From the NCBI RefSeq assembly GCF_963921235.1, contig NC_086097.1:68450001-68514000 (forward strand): a stretch of 64,000 nt of DNA. Direction: 5' to 3'. Below are positions 38,143 to 50,870 of the stretch, piece after piece; positions within the stretch are counted from its first letter, which is position 1; each line of letters opens with the position of its first letter. This DNA comes from Mobula hypostoma. Its lineage: Eukaryota. Below the pieces are notes generated by a model that was given only the letters and a program-made list of their open reading frames with translations, made no database searches and was not told the DNA's origin. Both the position numbers and the translations under genes were made by a program.

Positions 38143-38899
38143 TGACAACTTAGAACAAGAGTATCACAACGTATTCTTGGAATGTTGTCTTCTTACAACT
38201 CGAACATGATTTCATTACCTTGCACCATAGAGCCATATGAGCAATTTGAGCTTATAAACAAAACTTACGTAAGTTATCAGAACCAAGCTACCCTCACTGA
38301 ATGGCACAAGAACAGCTCTCAGATATCATTTACATGCCTTCAATGTGCAGTCCGAGCCTGATATAAGGAATGTAGAATGGTAGAAAAATAGGATAAATTT
38401 ATAGGTCATGCTAATCCTGACCTTGCAATTGCTACCTGTGCTAAGCACGCTAAGAGTTTGCAGCTACTCAAATACCAAGCCAGCAACACAACTGTGACAT
38501 TTCCACAATCCACAGCGGAGCACCAGCGGCAACGTAGCAGCAAGCAGAGGGAACTTTGCCTCCATCACACTGACCACACTGATGGACAACTGGCAGCTTG
38601 AAGTGCCATCAGGCATTTTGCTGTTTTGAAATTTAGCTCACGATCGGCAATATTTAACATTTAACAATAAAATTTGATATAAATATGATAAATATATTGA
38701 AAACATTTGAGTCTGCTATTAAAACTTACCTACATTTACCCATTAAATGAAGGTCAGCAGCTACATATCTTGAGTGGCACAATGCCAGATGCAGCAGTTG
38801 CAGATGGCATAAAGCAGAAAAGTCAGGTACAGTATATCCAGTCCCTTGGATGAGCAGCCAACAGAATGGCCTCACACTCTGTAATGATCTCAAGGGCAG

Positions 38900-39824
38900 A
38901 CCGAGGGATCTCTCACCCACCAGTCTGACTGTATGCTGCCACAACAACAACCTCTAGCTCAATGTCAGCATAACCAAAAAGCTGATTATTGACTGCAGGA
39001 GCAGGAAATCAGAGATCCATGAGATAGTCCTCATCAGGGGATCGGGGGTGAAGAGGGTCAGAAATTTTAAATTCTTCAGCATTATTATTTCAGAGGACCT
39101 GTCCTGGGTCCAGCACGTAAGTGATATTCCCAAAAAAGCACAGCAGCACCTCTACTTTCTTAGTAGTTTGCAAAAATTCGGCACATCATCTAAAACTCTA
39201 ACAAACTTGTAAGCTGCACAGTGGAGACTATACTGTCTGGTTGCATCAAAGCCTGGTATGGAAATACTAACTCCTTAAATAGAAAAGCCTACAAAATGTA
39301 GTGGATACAATCCAGTCCATTGCGGGTAAAGCCTCCCCTCTATTGAGCACACCTACAAGCAGTGCTGTTGTAAGAAAGCAGCAGCGATCACCAAGGACCC
39401 CACCATCCAGGCTAAGCTCTCTTATCACTGCTGCTATCAGGAAGGAGGTACAGGAGCCATAAGACTCACGCCCGCAGGTTCAGGAACAGTTATTACCCCT
39501 CATCCATCAGGCTCTTGAACGGAGGGGATTACTCCACTCAACATCATTCACTCCAACACTGAACTGCTCCCATAATCTATGGGCTCACTTGCACAGACTC
39601 TCTATTTCATGTGTTTGATATTTATTGCATTTTTACAATTATTATTTTGTTTGCTCTTTTGTATTTGCCTTTCACACTTTGGCTGTTTCGTCTGCCTTGT
39701 GTATGGTTTTTCATTGATTTTATTGTTTCTTTGTAGTTACTGTGAATTACTGCAATAAAATGAATCTCAGGGTAGTAAATGGTAACATATATGTACTTTG
39801 ATAATAAATATACTTTGAACTTTG
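38900..39824 (+). mobile_element. Rex1/Babar 3' fragment
   Basis: CHNNNL.LNVS.TKKLIID, FKFFSIIISEDLSW, FRNSYYPSSIRLLN; actttgaactttga tail. Confidence 0.88.
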
Positions 39825-40555
39825 AGATATGCCTGCATCTGACTTCCAGAGTATTTCCAACTTGCACGCGGCAATGGGCAACTGCTAAAGCCCTGAATAC
39901 ATTGCCGTAATAACTGCAGCTACTAGCAGTTCTCTCCTGACCCGCTGCTAACTGTTAGCAAGGACCAGATACTGCTTTATCACCCTGCACTGATAACACC
40001 CAAGCATTTATTCTTAGATTCCTCTTTAGTCTAAAGTCTGAAGCCTGACAACATCATCACTGCTCTCTGGTATTGCAGAGATGTTAGTCATATGGGCTGC
40101 TTTATCCTAGATGCTGTTGTTTTTTTTCAAGCTGTTGGAGGGCACTAATCCAGTCAAGTGTTGTATCTTTCATCAGGGTCATGACTGAACCTCGTAGAGT
40201 GTTAAATTTTGTAATTCCAAAACATAAAAACAAATTAAAGGAAAAACATGGAGTAGGGAGATAACTTGGTGTACATTTAGGTTCACTTTGACTTTTAGCA
40301 AGACATGCATGTATAACATGCTGGCATGATCACATATGCCATTCACATACTTGGTACATATAACCATAACGAATTATTTAAACAAAGATTTCTTAATCAA
40401 ACTGTATATTTAAATATTACTCAAATATTCCTGAAATACTAAATACACAGCACTCTTCCCTGCTTAACTATAAATTCTAACACAATAAAGAATGCATCGC
40501 AACATTTATGTGTGTGTGTATATATAGATATATATATATATATTATTTTTTTTGT

Positions 40556-40880
40556 GTTGGCACGTGGCCAAGTGGTTAACGCGTTTATCTAGTAATCTGA
40601 AGGTTGCTAGTTCGAGCCTTGGCTGAGGCAGCGTGTTGTGTCCTTGAGCAAGGCACTTAACCACACATTGCTCTGCAATGACACTGGTGCCAACCTGTAT
40701 GGGTCCTAATGCCATACAAGTTGCCCTTCCCTTAGACAACATCGGTGGCGTGGAGAGGGGAGACTTGTAGCATGGGCAACTGCCGGTCTTCCATACAATC
40801 TTGCCCAGGCCTGCGCACTGGAAACCTTTCAAGGCGTAAATCCATGGTCTCACGAGACTAATGGATGTCTATTATTATTA
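40556..40880 (+). mobile_element. tRNA-derived CORE-like SINE with RTE-type tail
   Basis: A box tggccaagtgg, B box agttcgagcc, CORE-like gtgtccttgagcaaggcacttaacc; tail tccatggtctcacgagactaatggatgtc(tat)n. Confidence 0.8.
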
Positions 40881-42153
40881 AAATTCATATTTTTAAAAAT
40901 TGATTTATTGATATATAGTATACTATATAATACAACTACTATATAGATATCCACAGCATAGTACATTTTAAATTGTCCCTTTCAGGTCTAAAAATTTAAT
41001 TGCTGTGGAGGATTTCTTACCGTTGTGTGATAGCCTCTTTCCTGACGAGGGAGATCACTCTGCTTGGCAGGTGAGACTTGTGGCTGTGAAACAATCACAG
41101 GTTTTGGGGCTCCTCCATGGTGGTTGTAGGAGTTAACTCGGACACTGCAGGAATGGTTCTGACAGCTCTTGGATGTGTTGGCATCCCAAACAGTGCATGG
41201 CAATCTTCACTGGATGATGTGGATCACAATGTATGAATACAGTGTCTGCTGTCACCATTTCCTTCACCTTTTTGGAAAGCCACATCACATTGCTTTCTCC
41301 ATTGCTATCTCTTCCTGATTTGTAGTAATGAGTTCAAGGGGTGGAGCACAGTACCCAGCTTTGGCAGGAACCTGTTATACTAATTGACAAATCCTAAAAA
41401 GGACCGCAACTGTGACATGTTATTTGGCTTTGCAGCATCCACCGCTGCAAGAGTTTCTTCAGCATACTTGTGTAAAGCTTGTGCTTCAATACTGTGACCA
41501 AAGTAAATGATGCTTGGTTTAAAGAATTCACACTTGTTGCATCATAGTTTGAGCCTATAATCATATAATCTTTTTAACACTGTCTTGTTATTTTGGTGAT
41601 GTTCCTTGTCATCCTTATCAGTAACAATGACATCGCCCAGGTAGCACCGAGTGCCTGGACAGCCTTGTAGCACCAGGTCCATCACTTTCTGCCAGAGTGC
41701 AGGTGCAGATGTTACTCCAAAGATAAGCCTATTATAGCAACAAAGCCCTTTGTGAGTATTTATGGTGAGAAACACTTTGGACTATTCTTCCAACCACATC
41801 TGTAGTAGGCCTCAGCAAAGTCCACTTTACTGAAGTGTTTTCTGCCCAAGAGATTTGTAATTTATCCCCTACTCTGGGTAGACGGTACTGATCCACTTTC
41901 AGTACTGAGTTGATGGTGACCTTAAAATTATCACAGATCTTGTCATCCTTGAACACTGCTATGGCATCATCCAGTACCTTTCTTAATTCAATTTCAGTTG
42001 ACTCCATTGCAGGGGATGTAACATACAAATGGTGGATGGATCTCCCATCAAATTGTAGTTGTCTCAGCCACCCATGACCCACAATGCCAGCCCTCTTGTT
42101 TTTAACCACATACCAGCTCAACATGGCTTATTGATTGTTGTATTTCACTGTGA

Positions 42154-42225
42154 AATTTGCCCAGGCCTGCGCCCTGGAAACTTTCCAAGGCACAAATCCA
42201 TGATCTCATGAGACTAACGGACGCC
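42154..42225 (+). mobile_element. 72-bp 3' fragment of the same SINE/RTE tail
   Basis: 13-bp TSD tatttcactgtga (42141-42153, 42226-42238). Confidence 0.85.
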
Positions 42226-43784
42226 TATTTCACTGTGACGAATGTCATTCCAACAGGAGTTACTCTTTCCAGTATTAGTTCTTAATTGGATATCTGCAGG
42301 CTTCAGTTTGGTATCTCATAATGCTATTCAAACTTATTTTGCGGAATGGCGGAATCACCTGACCCATGTCCAATTCCATTTTAATTAAATCTCTGTTCAC
42401 TTCCAGTGTAAGCTATACTGCTTGATCATTGTTAGTTTTCACATTGTAAATCTAAAGGCTACCCTGTCCTACGTCATTTTCATTATAATCAGATTTTTCA
42501 TCAACAGCATGGAGATTAGTATTCTTTTTGAAACTGCAGCTTGACATTTTATCTTTTTTCTCTTCCCTGGGCAAACCATTTATTTTTGTCTGCCCAACAT
42601 GGTCTTTGTATATGTCCTACTTTGTGGCATTTTCTGCAAGTTTCATCTTTAAACCTGCATTGGTCTGGTGTATGTGAGTCTCTGCCACAACGGTAACACA
42701 ATTTGTATGGCCAACTTGGTTTCAAAACATTGCAATTCTGCTCACTTTCAGTCCTGACTGCAAATCAATTGCATCTCTTTCTGTTGTTTCCATTGATATA
42801 GCTATTTCAACTGCTCTTTTAACTGTAAGTTGTGCTTCAGTTAGGAGTCACTTTTGAATGCCTTCTTGTAAAATTCTACAAACTAAACGATACTCAAAGC
42901 ATCATTATGTCCATCACAAAACTCACAATGCTCAGACAACCTCTTCAATTCAGCCACACACACTGAAATGGACGCCCTTTCTTTTTTCTTCTGATTATGG
43001 AACTAAAAGTGTATTGCAATCACCAATGTTTTTGGTTCTAAATGTTTCTACATACTTTCATGATGTCACCAAAGCTCATGTTAGCTGGTTTGGTTGGAGC
43101 AGTCAAACTTCCAAGCAAACTTTATGCCTTTAAACCCAAACCACTTAGCAAAACTAGCATTCCCTTCTCATTGCCAATTTCACTTGCATCAAAATACTGC
43201 TCAATTTGTTCAGTATAAATGAGCCAGTTATCGCTTGTGCAATCAAACGTGTCTATCTTTCTGATTAGCCAGCCATTTCTGCTATTTTTATTTATGATTA
43301 TTATCACCCAGTACTCACTGTTTATGAACCCATGAATTCATCCATTTCCTGCCTTTTTTCTACTCAACAGTCTTCTTTCTCTCTCTTCCAAAGAGACACA
43401 TACTGTGCTGCTTCCTTATTAATTTGAACATCTCACTGCACTTTTTTTTAAAACTTGAACGTCTTGCTGCACTTAAACAGGCAGATATTCATCTTGGGTT
43501 CATTTAAAACTTCCTCGTCACCACTATTATGCCTTGTAACTCCAAAACATAAAAACTAATTAAAAGAAAAACATGGAGCCAAGAGATAACGTGTATGTTT
43601 AATTTTATTTTACTTATAGCAAAACGCATGCATGTATAACACCGTGGCTTGATGACGTATGCCATACACGTACATCGTACATATAACCAATATAAATTAT
43701 TTAAACAAACAAAGAATGCTTAATCAAACAATATATTTACAATACTACTCAAATACTATTGAAATATTAAATATATAACAGAAA

Positions 43785-44320
43785 GGTCTTGGGGTGTCAA
43801 GTGATGAGTCACTCACCCAGCCTTTGTCCTGGTCTGTACCCACAGAATTTATGAGACTGGTCCAGTTAAATTTGTGGTGAATGGTGACTCTCAGAATGCT
43901 GATGATGGAGGAGAGGGTTTTGGGTGAGGGAAGAGTGAAATCCACATAAGAGAATGAGGATGGCTTAGTAATGTTAGTGCCATTGAATATCAAGGGCAGT
44001 TGGCTGGACTCTCCCCTTGGAGGTGCTCTTTGCCTAGCCTTTTATGCATGAAAATTGTCAATTTCTTGCCGCATGCAGGTATGTACTGCCTCATTTGCTG
44101 TGTTGAAAGTGAAATTGACTGTTGTGTAATCATTAGCGAACATTTCTACTTCCAACTTTATGACAGGAGGTAAGCCATTAAAGAGAGCAACTGAAGAAAG
44201 TTGGACCTACAACACTGCCATGAGAAACTACTACTGTGACCTGTTGTAGCTAGGATGGTTGACTCCAGCAATCACCGTCCTTCGTCTGAGATATGAATCT
44301 TAATGATTAAAGTTTATCCT
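43785..44320 (-). mobile_element. Old non-LTR retrotransposon RT fragment (clade uncertain)
   Basis: PLIFNGTNIT..ISILRVTIHHKFNWTS.IN (ORF 43745); GSVVGPTFFSC and MFANDYT on minus. Confidence 0.6.
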
Positions 44321-45234
44321 CCTGGTGCAAACATTTGGGACTGCCCAATAAAATCAGGCCCATGGGAAGAAAATACAAGTAGAAGAGCATAAACAATGAT
44401 CGCAAAGGATTTCATCAGTCAAACAGTTTGAAAAAGTATGCTAAATTATGCAGAGGAAATTAGGTCAATTTTAAAGTGGTCAAAATTTTAATCAATGTTA
44501 ATAGTTAAACTAGCTAAGAACAGTGTTAATTTTGGAGTTAAAGTATTAACAGCGTTAATACTTTAAGACAAGGAATACTGTGATTAGTTTCTAAACATTA
44601 TTCTGGGATATCTACTTCTACTCTCATGTAACAAATAATGCCTGGGATCTCAGATTAAATAAAGGAGAAATTACACAAATTGGAGAACATTCCCTTGAAT
44701 TTAGAAAATTGAGAAGTAACTTGATTGAAGTTTGAAAGAAGAACCAGTAGGGCAGGTAGTGAGAAACTGTTTCCTTTTATTGCATGAAAAGAACTACCAG
44801 CATAGACTACTAATTAGAGTTAGTGAAGTTACGAAATATTTCTACTCATAAAGGTCGAATGAAGTTTGGAACTCTTTTCAGGCTACAGCAAGTTGTGCAA
44901 TCAATAATTTTACACCTTTGACTAATATTTTTTGTCTTAATAGTTAAACATATAAGAAATAGAATCAGGAATGAATATGCAGTCCCGACAATCTGCTCAG
45001 CCATTCAATGAGATTGTTGCTGATCCAGTACACATGTGCTCTTTGTGGCCAAGTCCCCCTATCCTCTGATTTGCCTGATGGCCAAAAACTTATTGACCTA
45101 TAGCTATGAATCTATAGCTATTAAAGAGTTTCAAAGTGAACCACATCACAGCTTCATGGACAAATATCAGAATAAAAATGACAAAATAAAACTGAAGGCA
45201 ATTCAAACTCAGTCCAAAAGTACAATAAGTGAGA

Positions 45235-46055
45235 TCCTCTCTCTACTGAAGTCCAGGACTGTGTTGACTCTGACCTATATAAGCAATTGAGATACAAGCT
45301 TTCAGAAACATCAAGAGAAAATACTATTCCAAATTTGAATCCCAAACCAGCCATCAGTTGTGGCAAGACTTTGCAATAGGCTATAAGATGAACTCAGGCA
45401 GCATTGCTGACAATGCATCTCCTCCTGATGAACAAAATGGAGCATATAATGTTCCGAAAAGAAGAGGATTGGAATGTCACCACTCGCCCATCCTGACAGC
45501 CTCCAATGCACCTGAACCCACATTCACCATTGCAGACATAAGATCAGTCTTCTGGAGAGTGAACCTTCAGAAAGCATCCGGCCCAGATGGCCTCCCTGGC
45601 CATGTCTTTTGATCCCACACAGATCAGTTGGCAGTTGGATTTGCAGACATGTTTTACTTCTGCTCGCTTCAGTGGGAGGTTCCCATCTGCTTTATGACCA
45701 CTATTGTCCTGGTACCTAAGAAAAACAAGCTAATGTTCCTTAATGACTGCATTCTGGTGTCTCTGATACCTATCATCATGAAGTGCTTTGAGAGACTGGT
45801 CATGGCACATTTCAGCTCCAACCTTCCAGACAAACTCAACCCACTTCAATTCTCCAACCGAAACTGGTCTATAGCAAGTCCCATCACCGTGGCCTTAAAC
45901 TCATCTTTGGGGCATCTGGACTGTAAAAACACTTATGTTAGACTATTGTTTATTGAAAATAACTACACTTTCAATTCTATAATTCCAAACAGTCATCTCT
46001 GAAGTCCTTGACCTGGGACTTAACCCTTTGCAATTCGATCCTAGACTTCCTGACA
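45235..46055 (+). mobile_element. Rex1/Babar RT fragment
   Basis: ORFs 45358 and 45628: [25 protein letters not shown]. Confidence 0.85.
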
Positions 46056-46530
46056 ATTAGACTGATTTTTCCAACAATTTCCCTACTTCTGTTGAAATGC
46101 TCATTGGGCTATAGTTCCCTAGTTTGCCCCTATTGTTCTTTTTGAATAATGGAAGAACGTTTTGTATCCTCCAGTCTTTGACCCCCTCACCCAAGGCTGA
46201 TGAAGACGTGAAAGTCTCTGTTAGAACCTCAACAATCTCTCCTTTCTTCTCCATAGCATCCTAGGATAGATACCATCAGGGCCTGAAGATCCATCTACCC
46301 TAATGTGTGAAAATATCTTTAATATTTCCTCCTTCTTGATAAAAACATGTCCCAGAATATCAGTGTTATCTCTCGATCCTACACAATCTTTTTTCTGTTG
46401 AATACTATTAAGAAGTTTTCTTTTGGATCCCACTCATTTCCCTTGGATCCACACATAGATTTGCCTATTCATCCCTGAGGGGACATAGCCTTTCTCTAAC
46501 TACACTCTTGCTTCTAATACACTTAGAGCA
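46056..46530 (-). mobile_element. CR1 internal fragment
   Basis: ORFs 46221 and 46057: SSGPDGIYPRML, DWRIQNVLPLFKK. Confidence 0.8.
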
Positions 46531-46999
46531 GATAATAACAGGAAATAACCAATTTTATTCTTTAAGTACTGAAGAAGACTGCCACAAAGTTCTTGGCGCA
46601 TTGGCACAACAGCCTAAAATTTGATCCATATTATTAAAAATTATACTAAGTTCATTCCGTGGCAGCATCAATGACAATTTCAGTCAGTCAGTCACAACAG
46701 TCAGAAGTCTGACGTTTAGTTAGTTAGTTAGTAAGTGATACAATGGAGAACAGGCTCTTCCAGCCCTCTGAACCATGTCACCTCAGCAACCCTGACAAAC
46801 CCGATTAACGTGGGCCAATATTGTCAATGGCCTGAGATGAAAACCTTTGTGGATGGGAGAGGAGGGAAGTCAGAAAATAAGGCCAGGTGGCTGGAGATGA
46901 GTGGACTCAAAGACTTCAGTATGCCCAACGATCATGGTCAGGCGGTGGATTTAGCAGGCAGTGAACAATGTCGAATAGCAAGCTTAACATTTCAGTTTA

Positions 47000-47280
47000 T
47001 ATTTTATTTTTATTTAGTGATAAAGTGTGGAACAGGCCCTTCCAGCCCTTCGAGCCGCGCCACCCAACAACTTACCTGCTGAACCCTGTCCTAATCACAA
47101 GACAATATACAAAGACCAGTTAACCTAATACAGTACGTCTTTGTACTGTAGAGAGAAACCGGAGCATCGGCAGAAACCCGCATGCACTTGGGAAGGAATG
47201 TACAAACAGAGGACGCCAGAATTGAACTCCAAACTCTGGCACCCGAGCTGTAATGGCATTGCCCTAACCCTTATGCTACC
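47000..47280 (-). mobile_element. V-SINE (a further 3' fragment at ~46725-46815)
   Basis: Head ggtagcataagggttag..ggagttcaattc; V-domain tgctccggtttctctc..ggttaactggtc. Confidence 0.8.
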
Positions 47281-47967
47281 TTTAAGGGTGTAAATGCTCA
47301 GGGACTGAAGCCTAGGGAGGAGGGAATGCACAGAGATTACAACCATACTGAATTATGGGTATGGAATCAAGGCTTGCATGTGAAGATTGAGATCAGAGGA
47401 CCATGGCACAAGGAAATTTTGTGCACAACTAACATGAGAATTGCATCAGGCACACTGATATGAATAGCATGGAAATGTCTTGTTGAAAAACAGAATGGCA
47501 TTGTTTCTGATTTTCTGGACCAATGAGTTTCCAAGGGATTTTTTATATTATGCCCTTCTGAATGTTAAATGAAATTAAATAAACTTTACAATACATAGCA
47601 TGGAAACAAACCTTTCAGTATATTTTTCATGGTAACATTTATTTCAACAAAAGCAGTTTCAATATCCCATTTAGGCTAGACAAAGACCTTTGTCAATCTT
47701 CCTGTACATGCAGAGAATTTATTTATGTATGACAAGGCTTAAGAAAAAATATAATGCCTAATTATTACAGAAAAGAATTTAAAATTAAATCTGTTAAATA
47801 TTTAATAATTTTTCAGTTGCTTTTGTATTTTAATAATTTACAATCTGATTTATCTTAGCATTGTTACTTTATAAATTACAAGGTGAATTGTTTATAAATT
47901 ATATGACCTGTATGTTTTAATCTAAAATATATCAAATAGCTGGTGTCAAAATGGATGTTGTGATGCA

Positions 47968-48053
47968 TCTAGCGTGGTAATGGAGTGAGTAGTGCTTGTC
48001 GCTCTCACTTTCAGCTTTGACCGCTGGCTAGTAGTCTCGCTAAAAAGAGCACT
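47968..48053 (+). ncRNA. Candidate HDV-like ribozyme fold (degenerate)
   Basis: P1 ctagcg/cgctgg, P2 agtgctt/gagcact, P3 gtc/gac in HDV order; CTAA before P2'; L3 and J4/2 longer than canonical. Confidence 0.35.
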
Positions 48054-48560
48054 GAATGTTTAAGTCTCTCCCTGCCAGTACATAACCTCTCCAACAGCAA
48101 GCCTCATGTAGTGCTTCTTCACTGGCAACACAAGGAAAGCTTAACTCTTTTTGAACGCAGGCTGAACTACAGAGGAAGGGATGGAGGTCTGGTCTCTGCA
48201 CACGTAGCATGCAGGCCAACCGGTGTGTGGACACGCCCTGGTGCTCATGAACCGGATCCCTAGCTATCGGTAAATAGCCCCATGGCCTTGTGGACAGCTT
48301 CGGGAGAGATGAAGGCTCTGGGAGTAACCCCAGGCAGCAAATCCAAAGAGGCAGGAAGTCATTGAACATCCTTTCAGCAGCTCCTGCAGCCAAGCTGGTG
48401 CCAAACGTATTGTTTCATAAGCTTTCCTTTGGACTACACTGGGTGAGGCCGAGAGGGGGATCTTGATGACTGAGCATCGCAGGAGCTCCATACTTTCTGC
48501 CCAAGCTTATCAGGATGATGCTCATCACCCATTGTCCTTCAAGACAGACAGATGCCAAAC
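47968..48560 (+). mobile_element. Non-coding RTE-type non-autonomous element
   Basis: GC-richer block without a TE ORF; 3' end tgcccaagc..cccattgtccttcaagacagacagatgcc resembles the tails at ~40800-40870 and 42154-42225. Confidence 0.55.
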
Positions 48561-49771
48561 ACCATATTGAATAGCAGATTGTTCTTTATAAAAGACATCT
48601 TTTACTCCAAGGTAAAAACTGCATTGTGGCCATATGATGACCAATCAACATTCATGAAATTTCATCCTCTTAAAAAAATAATACTTATCTATTTTGAAAG
48701 TTCAGTTTCAACTTTTGAAAGCCTACTTCAATCAAAGCTGGAAATTTCTGTATACCTTTGAAAATTAATTCATTTACTCAGGAATGATTGGAGTGGGTGG
48801 CTTTATAAAAACAAGGTCAATCAGATGGACCAAAGCTTTATACTAGGTGTTGCACTTGAACTACTGTTCACTAATTTCCAAAATATGCAGTCTTCTAATA
48901 CTCCTACAAAGTTAAAGATTTCTACTGCTATTGGTGCCTCTAATTACTCCTGTGGATGTGAGCACTCCAATCATTAATGCTCTCTTCTACAGAAAGATGG
49001 GCATTGATGAAGCACTTGAATATAGTTGGGTTGCCCCTGTCGTGATGACCTGGGACTGGGCTGACGGATTTCCAACCTTGCCGTACAGTAGTACCTGCTT
49101 AGAGACCACGTTTCCTCACTCCGTTAATGAGTATTAACTAGCAGGATTGCATATTTGTTGCCTTCCGCAAATAAAATGTACCTGGGTATATTTTCACATT
49201 ATCAGATAGATGTCCATGTAGTAATCATACTGGAAGAACTTCACTAGAGGCTCACCTAGTTTTGGGATGTTGTCTGGAGTGAATCAATGCAGCTGAAAAC
49301 TAATTATCATAGCCTATTTATAGAACACTTCACATACAGATTTGCAAATCAAAGTGCTTTACAATGGGAAAATGAGCAAACGTGAAAATAAACATGAAAA
49401 TAAGAGATAATACAATGTTAGTTGAAAGCAATATCAATATGTAGGTACTGAGCTTATGTTTAAAAGAGTCAACTGAGTCTGCATCTTTTATAGTTTTAGG
49501 CACTGAATTCTACAGTTTAGGAGCATAGTTCAAAAAAACTGACCAGCCAATTATCTTTCAAGAGAGATTGTTTAAATTTAAGAAACTGGTGGAAGAAGAC
49601 CTGAGAGCTTGAGCAGGATCATAAAACAAAAGTGATACTATGATGTACCATCAAGAGCATTAAAAACAAGTACGAGAACTTCAAGATCAATTCTAAAAGA
49701 CATAGAAAGCCAATGCAAAGTAGCTAAGACGGGAGGACAGGATGAGGTAGCTAGAAGCTCATTCTCATTTT

Positions 49772-50379
49772 CAGACATCCCACCCTTCAAAAACTCATTT
49801 CAGTGAGGTAGCACCATCAATTTGCGGGAGACTTCCGGGAGAGGTGGGATGTCTGCAATAGAGTAGCTCCTTAGCAGCTAGCCAGCTAGTTTAAATAATG
49901 TTAGCTATGCTAATGAACAAATGACACCTGTTAAACTCACCTCAACATGTCTTCTACAGTCTTAACCCACCATGGGCAATAGAAAAGTCACTGTTGCAAA
50001 CAGTGCAGCGAGCAACACTGTCAGTATTTTTGACCCCTATTAGGCAGGGGTACACTTTAGTGTAGTCTGGGGCGATGTACGTTTTATATTTTTTTGGAAC
50101 TCTCTGCCATGGTGCGCTCACGCTCTCGCTTGCTTGCTCTTGCGTTCTCTCTCTCGGTTGCTTTCTCTCTTGTTCTCTCACGCTCTCTCTCTCGCTTGCT
50201 TTCTTTCTCTCTCGCTCTCGCTTGCTTTCTCTCTCTCTCGCGCTCTCTCTTGCTTTCTCTCGCTCGCTCGCTCTCAAAAAATTTGATTTCCATGATATTG
50301 CATATAATTTGCGGGCATCAGGGAGCCACTATTCATATGCGGGAGACTCCCAGAACTTCCGGGAGAGGTGGGATGTCTG
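49772..50379 (-). mobile_element. hAT-type non-autonomous element with 6-bp TSD and BED-like zinc-finger remnant
   Basis: TIR cagacatcccacc / ggtgggatgtctg; TSD catttt (49766-49771, 50380-50385); YPCL..ARCTVCNSDFSIAHGG (ORF 49954); internal copy of one terminus at ~49825-49855. Confidence 0.8.
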
Positions 50380-50870
50380 CATTTTAGTTAAAAGTCTGGA
50401 GTTGAAATATGTCAATATATTGCTTTGAAAGGCCAGTAGAAAGTGCATTGCAGTAATTTAGTCTGTTCGATATAAAGGTATGAATTCTTTAGCATCAATA
50501 CGTGATAGAAACATATGTAACTTTGCAATATTTCTTAAATGTAGAAATGCTGCTCTGGTCGCTTTCTTTATGTGGAATGTAAAATTCAAATCTGAGTCAA
50601 GGATAACAACCAGATTTGTTATTTCCCAAATTTATTAAGAAGCTTATCTCTTTTGGCTTTGAGACCAACCAAAAGCATTTCAGTTTTATCTTCATTTTGT
50701 TTTAGTAAATTATTGCTCATCCATTTCTTTATTACAGTCATGCCAGAAGTTAGAGAAGATAGGGTGTTATCATCATCAAGCTCAGCAGAAACATACACTT
50801 GTGTGCCATCTGCATAACTACGGAAATCAAGTTTATGCTCTTTAATGATGTCTCATACGGGAAGCATGTA

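Larger units (their letters stand above)
40200..43780 (-). mobile_element. Gypsy/Ty3 LTR retrotransposon, same family as 21890-28040, internally deleted
   Basis: LTRs 43525-43780 and 40200-40452; PBS tggtgacgagga; PPT aagcagggaagag; gag IDTFDCTSDNWLIYTEQIEQYF, CCHC region, RT FGVTSAPALWQ..YLGDVIV; most RNase H/integrase sequence missing. Confidence 0.9.

Noticed and set aside
40556..40630. tRNA gene (also ~3490-3560 and ~47215-47280)
   Set aside because: The A/B boxes run into SINE bodies and tails; no complete cloverleaf is evident.
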